A DNA stretch of 64,000 bases from positions 13,020,001 through 13,084,000 of the forward strand of contig OX597839.1 of the NCBI GenBank assembly GCA_951406725.2, in the 5' to 3' direction. A model generated the notes under the pieces. It was not told where the DNA came from. It searched no databases and saw nothing but the letters and a program-made list of their open reading frames with translations. This document shows positions 53,663 to 64,000 of the stretch, piece after piece (the stretch's first letter is position 1; every line of letters begins with the position of its first letter). The position numbers and the translations under genes were made by a program. The DNA comes from Octopus vulgaris. Its lineage: Eukaryota.

Positions 53663-55797
53663 AATAATAATAATGAAATTATTGTATACAGTGCTCAGGT
53701 GTACCACAACTTGTCAGAAAGTGCATATAAAGTACATGCAGTAATGTGGAAATGTCTGGAAAGCGAACAATGTATGAGTCAGATACATGCCTGTGTGTGT
53801 ATGGAGGGGAGAAAATCAAGTGTAGTGTTGGCGAATCTCAGGAAGCATGGAAGTTTTGAAGGATGCAGTGCTCCGACAACTAACAACTGATGCCGGCAGT
53901 TTGTTCCATGCTTCAGCAACTCTCAGCGTGAAAAAATGTTTCCTGAAGTCATGGGAGCTGTGCTGTTTTCTTACTTTGTAAATATGTCCACGGGTGTTAG
54001 ATGGGTGGAGTTTGAAAAGGTGCTCAGAGTTATTGTTTGTACGATGGTTGATAATTTTATGGGTGTCTGCCAAGTCAGCTGCCAGACGTCGGAGTTTCAA
54101 TGTGTCCATGCCCAGGGAAGTAAGGCGTTCAGGATATGACAAATGCCTGATGGAGGGTATTCTTTTGGTTGCACGTCGCTGAACAGCTTCCAGACGATTG
54201 ATATCCTGGGCAAGATAGGGGTTCCAGACCGGTGATGCAAATTCCAGGTGAGGTCTTACCATAGCTATATAAAGCCGCAGATAGATAGCCGGAGAGCGGC
54301 TCACAAAGGATTTGGTGAGTGATGCCAAGACACCCTCAGCCTTCTTGACAATTTTAGCGATGTGTTTTGTCCAACGCAAATCACTGTCGACAATAACACC
54401 CAGGTCACGTTCACATGAAGACTTTTTGAGACTAGTGTTGTGGAGGGAGTAGGTGGACGCTGGGTTTCTCCTCCCAAAATGCATGGTGGTACATTTGTCC
54501 ACAGCCAGCTTGAGTTGCCAGTCCATGATCCACTGCTGTATTGTGTCCAGGTCTGCTTGCAATAGAGATCTATAGTGTACAGGATTTGACCTCTTTATTT
54601 TGAGGTACAGCTTGATGTCATCTGCATATTTCAGCACTGGCATTCTTTAAGTTGGCATCTATGTCATTAACATATGCAACAAATAAAAGGGGGCCAAGAA
54701 CAGATCCCTGTGGTACACCAGATGTCATCTCATAGGGCGAAGAGTGCTGTCCTAGAACTGTGACAACCTCTTTTCGGCTGAAAATAAAGGACTTTAACCA
54801 GTTATAGAGTTCGTCTCTTACACCCAACGCAGAAAGCTTCACCATAAGTCTTTTGTGTGGCACAGAGTTAAAAACCTTAGCAAAGTCCAGGTAAACAACA
54901 TCCACCCAGGATCCGCGATCAGTGATTTGGGTAACGTCCTCAAGAAACTCGATGAGTTGATTACAGCAGCTGGAGTTAGGAATAAATCCGAATTGTGACG
55001 GCTGGATGAGGCTGTGAGACTTCCAGAAGTTCCAGAGGGTTTCTCTGATACAGGATTCCATCAGTTTGGCGATGCAGCTGGTAAGACTGACGGGGCAATA
55101 GTTGACAGGCGATGTGCGGTTGCCTTTTTTGAACAGAGGGATGACACTGGCAGTTTTCCACTGTTCTGGAGTAACACCATTGTCAAGACAGAATTGGAAA
55201 AATAGAGAAAGTTGGCTTAGAAGAAAGTACCCACCGCGTTTGAGAAGTATGTATGTAACACCATCGAGACCAGGAGAGGCATAATTGCGTTTATTCTTTA
55301 GGTGGCGTTGCAGCATTGCTGGTGTAAATTGCATAGTAGATATAGAGTCCGATGTCAGTGGTGATGAAGATGGAACATTTTGGTCTTCGACAGTAAAGAT
55401 GCCGGCATAGCATCCAGCAATGATTTCTGCACATTGTCCTGGGGATTGCGAAGGGGACCAACTGGAGAGTGGGGTCTCTGCTTTGAGTGCACATACTTCC
55501 AGAACACTTTGCTGTCAGGGTTAGCTGCAATGTGTTGTTCAAATTCAAGCACTGCCTTTTTTGTCACCTGCTTGAGGTGGTTGGCTGACCTATAGTGCTT
55601 TTTCCTGTTGCTCTCTGATTTGTGGAATTTGCATTCCCGTTCAGCATTACGGCATTCTTTCCTGGCAAGTCGGACTGCTGCAGTCCCCCAAATTGCACTA
55701 TTGGGTGGTTTTTTGTGCTTGCGTGGTACTGATGCTGCACATGCTGCCCATATTGAATTCAGAATGTTCTGGAGTATAGTGTCCACATCTCCAGAAT
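53663..55797 (-). mobile_element. 5'-truncated CR1-group LINE with frameshifted ORF2 and 3' UTR
   Basis: ORF pieces 55355-55786, 54618-55334, 53816-54643: SPGLDG, YLDFAK, GVPQGSVLGP, YADD; closely related to 25859-27252. Confidence 0.95.
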
Positions 55798-55927
55798 GGG
55801 ATTACCCTGGGTTTCCCCTCCATAAAGGGTTTAGCCTTGTGACAATACGCCATAAAGTCTAAACCCTTTATGAACGGGAAACCCAGAGTAATCCCGTAAA
55901 CCACCCTTCCCCATTAAAATATATAAT
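55798..55927. mobile_element. Small palindromic MITE; left end displaced to 53634-53662 by the LINE insertion
   Basis: gggattaccctgggtttccc..cataaagggtttag / ctaaaccctttatg..gggaaacccagagtaatccc; attatattttaatggggaa / ttccccattaaaatatataat. Confidence 0.75.
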
Positions 55928-56157
55928 GGGGCTCAGCAGTGTTTACGTATAATCAGAATTTAGGTTAGTTGGAATATGTTTGTCACACATTTCAACTGCT
56001 AAAGGCAAATAAATACACTGCAGTTACCATGGAGTAAAAATCTCTGTTATGGTAGTGTTGCCCTCTCTTTATATATATGTGTAAATATATATGTATATAT
56101 ACATATATGTATATATATATGCATGTATACATATATGTATATATATGTATATATACA

Positions 56158-56204
<47 letters not shown>

Positions 56205-56398
56205 GGCACGTAAAAAGCACCCACTACACTCTCGGAGTGGTTGGCGCCAGGAAGGGCATCCAGCTGTAGAAACTCTGCCAAATCAAGATTGGAGCCTGGT
56301 GCAACCATCTGGTTCGCCAGCCCTCAGTCAAAATCGTCCAACCTATGCTAGCATGGAAAGCGGACGTTAAACGATGATGATGATGATGATACATATAT

Positions 56399-56451
<53 letters not shown>

Positions 56452-57116
56452 TGTATATATATATTTATATATATGTATATATACATATATGTTTATATAT
56501 ATATGTAAATATATATATAGATGCACACACACACACACACAAAACATATATAACATACATACATAAACGCACGTACATGTATATAAGTATATCTGTACAC
56601 AAACATATATAATATTCTTATATAAACAAACACACACATGTGTATATATGTGTATCAACACACAAGCATACACACACACACACACGCGTATATATTTACA
56701 TATGTTCATACATATACATACCAATGCAATCTGAAAGCTGAGCATTAAGAACATTCAAGACTTTTCTCAAGTTTAAAATGTGACGTGGTATTAGTTATCT
56801 ACATTCCATCAGTGGAACTTAATATCTTAGAAACCAACTCCAAAAACTTCAAATAATCCAAAATACAAGAGAACATTATAAACTTGAAGATTTAATATTA
56901 TCCAATATTGTTGGGATAATACTGATTCGATGTATTGTTTTCATACATCATACAATGATATTCCAGTAATAAATTTCTGAGAAAACTTTGACAAAACAAT
57001 TGTAGAATTGTGCACGAAAGTGAGTTGCTCGCTCCATTCTCTGTTGTTATTTATATACATATAGCCACAAGTATGGCCATTACGAAATATTTATTAAAAG
57101 TATTGGGGTGATGACA

Positions 57117-57158
<42 letters not shown>

Positions 57159-57371
57159 TACTCTTTTACTTTTACTTGTTTCAGTCATTTGACTGCGGCC
57201 ATGCTGGAGCACGGCCTTTAGTCGAGCAAATCGACCCCGAGACTTATTCTTTGTAAGCCCAGTACTTATTCTATCGGTCTCTTTTGCCGAACCGCTAAGT
57301 GACGGGGACGTAAACACACCAGCATCGGTTGTCAAGCAAAGCTAGGGGGACAAACACACACATAAACATAT

Positions 57372-57447
<76 letters not shown>

Positions 57448-57639
57448 GACAGGTTTCTTTCAGTTTCCGTCTACCAAATCCACTCACAAGGCATTGGTTG
57501 GCCCGGGGCTATAGCAGAAGACACTTGCCCAAGATGCCACGCAGTGGGACTGAACCCGGAACCATGTGGTTGGTAAGCAAGCTACTTACCACACAGCCAC
57601 TCCTGCGCCTATATATATGTTTGTATGTATATATATATG

Positions 57640-57880
57640 TTCCCCCCATCTTGGCGGGATGCCAGTCCATTGCAGCGTTACTCAAGAAACAAGAAGAGAG
57701 AGTGAGAGAAAGTTGGAGCGAAAGAGTACAACAGGGGTCGCCACCAACCCCTGCCTGAACCTCATGGGGCTTTAGGTGTTTCCGCTCAATAAACGCACAT
57801 AATGCCCAGTCTGGGAATCGAAACCACAATCCTCCGACCGCGAGTCCGCTGCCCTAACCACTGGGCCATTGTGCCTCCAC
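57640..57880 (-). mobile_element. SINE family C
   Basis: Head aggcacaatggcccagtggttagggcagcggactcgcgg, B box ggtttcgattccc. Confidence 0.85.
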
Positions 57881-58294
57881 ACACACACACATATATGTAT
57901 GTATGTATATATATATATATGTTTGTACACACTCTCACACATGCATATATATATCATTTGTGGACAAACAATCATAATACTGGAGGGGCAAATAGCTACG
58001 TCCACTCATATCTTATCAATTTCATTAACTGCGGAGTATTTGTGTTGGTCATTCTGCTCTAACTCTGATTTCAGTGTCTGGATCTAATTTAGTGTTACCT
58101 ACTTCAATTAATTTATTTTGTCCTTAAGTAGAATTGACACAATTCTTTAATCCTGTACTCATTTTCATATCCTGGTTGAATTTAGGGAAATGTTTTTTTA
58201 GTATTTTGTAGGTTCTCCCTCTTGATATTAGTTCTTCTGAACAGTTTATGTTTTGTCCTTTTGTGGTAGTTTTCAGTCAACAAATTTGTTACTG

Positions 58295-58722
58295 GGCATT
58301 GTGAGTGTTTATTGAGCAAAAACACCTAAAGCTTCACGAGGCTCCGGCAGGGTGGTGAACCCTGCTGTACTCTTTCACCACAACTTTCTCTCACTCTTTC
58401 TTCCTGTTTTTGTTGTACCTGTATTCCAAAGGGACAGCCTTGTCACACTCTGTGTCATGCTGAATCTCCACGAGAACTATGTTAAGAGTAAATGTGTCTG
58501 TGGAGTGCTAAGCCACTTGTATGTTAATAAATGAGCTGCGACGTCACTGGTGCCAAGCTGTATTGGCTTTGCCTTTCCCTTGGATAACATCAGTTACATG
58601 GAGAGGGGAAGCTGGTATGCATGGGCGACTGCTGGTCTTCCATAAACAACCTTGCCCAGACTTGTGCCTCGGAGGGTTACTTTCTAGGTGCAATCCCATG
58701 GTCATTCATGACCGAAGGGGGG
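58295..58722 (+). mobile_element. Chimeric SINE: family C body joined to family D tail
   Basis: 58295-58410 matches family C; 58530-58722 matches family D. Confidence 0.7.
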
Positions 58723-59039
58723 TCACAACAACAACACTCTCAGAGTGGTTGGCATTAGGAAGGGCATCTAGCAGTAGAAACCATGCCAAATGAGACAGGA
58801 ATCTGGTGTAGCCCTCTGAGTTACTAGTTCCAATCAAACTGTCTAACCCATGCCAGCATGGAAAGCAGATGTTAAATAATGATGATAATGATGATGACAT
58901 ACATCTAAAGCAAAATTTTTTCAGTGGCCCTTAAAATACTGTTGTGGATCCTTAATTTACTATTTTGTTGTATGGATCCCCAAAAGTCTTATATGGACCC
59001 CGGTTAAGTACCATTGGGCTAATATGTGTCTTTGATATT

Positions 59040-60900
59040 GTAATTATTATAGTATCAATGCACAGTCTCTGTTCAAGTCACTTCCCTGGCAAACTCACCT
59101 CTGGAATCTTATAATTTTTACTTTGCCTTGTAGTAATAGGGTTGTTTTCTATCTTTTCAACACCTGGTTGAGGCACTGTGTTAATATTATAGCTATTTCA
59201 TTTATATGATATATCTCCAGTATCCAAGAGTGAGGTGTACTATCAAATACCTTTTTGTAATCAATCCTTGCTACGTTGAGGATTTTTCTTCTGCTTTTTT
59301 TAAAAATATTTTTCTGCGTTTTTTAAATTTTTATTTTTGTTCGTGTTTCTATTTGCAGCCATTTATCCGTTTCCAGCACTGCTAACCCGGTAAGATGTTA
59401 TTATTTTCTAGATAAGTAGTGAGTCAGTCACAAAGTATAATTGCTAGGGCTTTGCGTGCTGTTGCCATATAAAATATTAGTTTGTAATTCGTGAATCTCT
59501 GGTGTTCAATTTTGTTTTATCTTCTTGCAACTAGTTAGGTGTTAATTTTGTTTTTCTCACAAGTTCTTTGAATGCTCTTACCTCAGATTCGTTAGCGTTA
59601 CTTAGATATTTCAGCTAGAAATTAGCGACTTTATCACCTCCAAGTCATGCAGTGTTTATCATGTTGCTGAATTCCTTTCTAGTTCTTATGGGCCATACAT
59701 ACTAGGAACATTACTGATCTTTTCATAGCATTTCTCCTTTTCTTTTTTTATTATGCTATGAGGCTGTCATATGGCCTCAGTAGAAATATCCACTGGTACA
59801 TAGACTCTCAGTCAGAGACAACCAGGAGTACAACTGTAATGATAAACTTCTTTTTGTTTTTGAACATAATAAATAACCTAACTACCTAATCAACACCTGA
59901 GTAGAAATGATATGGTTTAATCTAAACAATGAGATGAGACCCCCTTCGGTCACGACACTGACCATGGGATTGCACCTAGAAAGTTACCTTCAAAGGAACA
60001 AACCAGGGCAAGGTTGTTTATGGAACACCAGCAGTCGCCCATGCATACTGGCCTCCCCTCTCCACGCCACCAGTGTTATCAAGGGAAAGGCAAAGGCCGA
60101 TACAGATTGGCACCTGTGACGTCGCAACTCATTTCTACAGCTGAGTGAACTGGAGCAACGTGAAATAAAGTGTTTTGCTCAAGAACACAACATGCAGCCC
60201 GGTCCGGGATTCAAGCTCACAACCTCCCGATCATAAGCTTGACGCTCTAACCATGCACCTTCACTTAATCTAAACAATAAGAGATTAAAAAGCAGTAGAA
60301 TGTATGTTACTATTTTCCCAGTGTAAGGATGATACATGTTCAGGGAAAATCCTCAACATCAAGGTGGAATCAACAAATTTTGATTCTATTCTGCTTTCTC
60401 AATCTCATTATCAATAAACTCTCGTCGATTTTGTTTTCTTTTTTGGTTGTGTTAAATAGTTTTGTTCCATATTCTCTTCTACTCTGTTTGAACTTCTGTT
60501 CATGTTGATGTATCATCTAGTTATGTACTTCTGTTGCAATCCCAGTAAAGTGTTTTGATATTTGATTCAAATATTTTCTCCTAGAAAAAGCACTTAGACT
60601 TTTCAGAACATTAACTGCGTATGTGATGGATAACTAATTAGAAACAACAGCTTGAAACAATTGTCTACACCTCAAAGAACATATTGGAAAATGGCTTGTG
60701 AGCTGAAACTGAAATTATTGGCTACTATAAGTTATCTTAACAAGGCAGAATTCCCCTTCAAATAACTATTATTCTGTAATTAAATACCAAGAGCGTTCTT
60801 GCTTTTCTCTCAATTCCTAAACTACTAACATTCTGTGAAGTAAAGAAGGAAAAAAAAAAACACATTCCATGAATTTACTCCAGATTGTAATTATTTTCGT
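59040..60900 (-). pseudogene. Degenerate R4/Dong-clade LINE RT, interrupted by a family D SINE (59931-60264, TSD ttaatctaaacaat)
   Basis: LNVARIDYKKVFDSTPHSWILE (R4-type AWIDYKKAFDSVPHSWI); GGDKVANF*LKYL; NNILPG*Q..NGCK. Confidence 0.72.
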
Positions 60901-61251
60901 CTTCAATGAAAAAATGTCTCACTTCGAATAATGTTTAATTAATAAGTCACAAGTCAAATCATGTTGACTATTTTTAGAAAAGAATGAAATACTATTCTAC
61001 ATGATTAAAACACCAATCATAAATAAATAAAATAAAATACATTTACCCTCCTAGGTGGCGTCTCAGCATGACTGCGGTCTAAAGACTGAAATAAGTAGAA
61101 AGAGAAAAAGAATTTTATGCATTTTTTTTTCTGTAATTCCTTAAATTAATTTCAAATTTAAATTTCTAATCCCACCTCATATTATGAAGAAATGATTTTC
61201 TCCCTTGTAATAGCTGCCCTCTCTAGGGAAACTACATGTATTATCCTATAT

Positions 61252-61562
61252 CACTGTGATCACCGTAACCGACCAGGCTATCAGATGTTGCTACACATCG
61301 CTGGTCACAATGCGCTTCGCATTGTTTTAGCCTTCAAATGATGCCACCCTGCTGGCTAAGCGAGCAGGCCAACAGAAGAAAGAGCGAGAGAAAGCTGTGG
61401 CGAAAGAGTACAGCAGGGATCGCCAACACCCCCTGCCGGAGCCTCGTGGAGCTTTAGGTGTTTTCACTCAATAAACACTCACAATGCCTGGTCTGGGAAT
61501 CGAAACCGCGATCCTACGACTGCGAGTCCGCTGCCCTAACCACTGGGCCATTGCGCCTCCAC
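61252..61562 (-). mobile_element. Full-length SINE family C, tail variant 2, 12-bp TSD
   Basis: attatcctatat at 61240-61251 and 61563-61574. Confidence 0.9.
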
Positions 61563-62309
61563 ATTATCCTATATAACTTTACAGAAATGATTTAAGCCTT
61601 TTCATTCTGTCTTTTATTGATCTTATATTTTCTGGAGGATCTTAGCCAAAAGGCTACAAGTGTGGCTGTGTAATAAGAATAGGTTCATGCATGACTGTGT
61701 ATTAAGAAGATTTCTTCCTAATGACATGGTTCCAGGTTCAATCCCAGTGTATGGCACCTTAGTCAAGTGTTTTCTACTCTAGCCCTAGACTGACTACACC
61801 CTTGTAAGTGGATTTGGTAAGCAGAAACTGAAAGAAGCCTCCCATACACACACACACACACGTACACACACACATACATAGGTGCAGGTGTAGCTGTGTG
61901 GTAAGAAGCTTGCTTTTCAACCACATAATTCCAGGTTCAGTCCCACTGTGTGGCACCTTGAGCAAGTGTCTTCTACTATAGTCTTGGGCTGACCAAAGCC
62001 TTGTAAATGGATTATTTGGTAGATGGAAACTGAAAGAAGCATATCATATAATATGTGTGTGAGTGTGTGTGTGTGTGTGTTTGTGTCTGTGTTTGCCCCC
62101 CCCCTCCATCACTGCTTGACAACTGGTGTTGATGTGTTTACTTCCCCATAACTTAGCAGTTCAGCAAAAGAGTCTGATAGAATAAGTACTAGGCTTTAGA
62201 AATAAGTCTTGGGGGTCAATTTGTCCAACCAAAACCATCTATGGCGATACTCCAGCATGGCCACAGTCAAATGATTGAAACAAGCAAAAGAATAAAAAAG
62301 TAAACGAAT

Positions 62310-62341
<32 letters not shown>

Positions 62342-62710
62342 GCATAATTTTTATGTATATGAGTGCGTGTTTGTGTCTCCTTGTTTTGACATCATGTAGT
62401 AGTTGTAAATGATTGTCTGTCATAAAAGCAGTTTCATTTATTTCCAATATACTGAAAGGACATACGTCTGGCCATGATGGAAATTTTACCTTGCTTAGAG
62501 ACAGCGGAGGGTTGGTGACAGGGAGGGCATCCAGTTGTAGAAAATCTGTCTCAATAAACTCTATCCAGCCCATGCAAGACATGGAAAAGTGGATGTTAAA
62601 ATGATGATGGTGGTGGTGGTGGTGGTGGTGGTGATGATGATATTTTCTGGCGGAAGTGGATCTACTTTGTTAGATTAGGACAGGTCTTTGTATGATTTTT
62701 TTTTTAATGT

Positions 62711-63124
62711 TTTTGGTTTGAACGGCAGTTTTCTAAAATAATTTCCACGTAACTAAATACTTTTAAACTTCATATACTGGTAGAATGTGTTTATAAAACA
62801 TCTTTTTCTCTTGGCTTTATTGAGAAAATTCTATAGTTTGTAAGATATTTGTTGTTTTTTTTCTTCAATTTCTGCAATTTCAACCAATCACTAATGTCTA
62901 TTGAGGTGAAAATATTCTGTGCCGTATGAATATGTCCCTCGTTTACGAAACAGATTGGGTTTATTTACATTTGTGAAGAAAAAAAAGATACCCTTCCCCC
63001 CACCCATAACCCTAACTAACCCTAAAACAATTGAAATGCAATAGATCGATACTAGGGTCATAATTATGGGTGACAATTTCATATGACACCGCTAGAAAAA
63101 CTGCCGTTCAAACTGAAAAGATCC
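62711..63124. mobile_element. TIR MITE carrying internal telomere-like CCCTAA repeats
   Basis: ggtttgaacggcagttttcta / tagaaaaactgccgttcaaactgaaaagatcc; taaccctaactaaccctaa inside. Confidence 0.8.
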
Positions 63125-63852
63125 GGTTGTTTTTTATTGGTTGAGGAGGATCTGAGCTCATTAAGATTCAGCCTAATCTAACCTTGATATTGTGACTGAT
63201 ACTAAATAGATAAGATCTCTCAGCCTGTTACTATTTAGTTCAAGTGTTTCCATGGGAAAATATTTCTTGTAGGACCAAGTAATACGAAGCTAGTCTTTTA
63301 CTGTGCTGTTTGTTTCTCTGTAGCGTCAGCTGGACAAAATGCTTAGCATCATTTCTTATAGCCTTATGTTCTTAGTTCAAATTCCTCTTGTCCTGGGTTG
63401 ACTTAACTTTCATTCTTTTGGAGTTGATAAAATAAGTACCAGTTGAGTAGTGGGGGTAGGAGGTGTCGATGTAATTAACCAGCTGCATCTCCCACAAATT
63501 ATTATTATTAATTCTTTAGCATGCAGAATAATCTGTCAACTGTGAAGTGTATTTATTTACGTTGTTTCAAATTAATTATGCATTATCTCATATTTTCATG
63601 ATTTTGATGATGTAGTTGTTTATTTTTAGAATGACATTGTAGGGTAGGTGTAAGAGGCCAGATCTGGCCAGTTTGGACTTAAAATAGATAAAAATACTTG
63701 GGCCGGATATGGCCAGTTTAAATGCTGAATGGTTAAGTCTGTGAGCTGGCAGAATCATTAGCACATTGGACAAAATGTTTAGTAGTATTTCTTGTGGATC
63801 CTTACGTTCTGAGTTCAAATTCAACAAAGGTCAACTTCGCCTATCATCATCC

Positions 63853-64000
63853 AGATCTTTTCGGTTTGAACAGCAGTTTTTTCTAGCAGTGTCATATGAA
63901 ATTGTCACCCATAGTTATGACCCTAGTATCGATCTATTGCATTTCAATCTCTTTTAGGGTTAGGGTTAGGGTTAGGGGTGGGGGAAGGGTATCTTTTTTC
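63853..64000. mobile_element. Second copy of the TTAGGG-bearing MITE in opposite orientation, truncated by the window end
   Basis: gatcttttcggtttgaacagcagtt...(TTAGGG)4. Confidence 0.8.

Noticed and set aside
52703-53890. 395-aa plus-strand ORF
   Set aside because: Antisense of LINE fragments joined by a TA/TG microsatellite
63953-63977. Possible chromosome end (TTAGGG)n
   Set aside because: Only four units, inside a TIR element that has another copy at 62711-63124

Overview
Repeat-dominated animal genomic DNA, most likely intronic or intergenic sequence of an octopus or other coleoid cephalopod (inferred from the SINE families and microsatellite load, not verified). No intact host gene can be supported, and almost all long ORFs in the track are translations of microsatellites. 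Real coding remnants all come from transposons: CR1-group LINEs, RTE LINEs, an R4/Dong LINE, a Penelope-like RT, several mariner/Tc1 copies (one full-length with TIRs and TA TSD), a solo LTR, a Helitron and piggyBac-like MITEs. There are about five SINE families in dozens of copies and one 100-N gap. The most notable signal is a set of minimal type-I hammerhead ribozyme motifs in several unrelated small repeat families. Several carry the compensatory U3-A8 core (UUGAnAA instead of CUGAnGA). One family is a ~364-bp tandem, circularly permuted monomer with covarying stems, consistent with a retrozyme or Penelope pseudo-LTR system. Family labels A-E are my own. Coordinates of degenerate repeats are approximate and read by eye.
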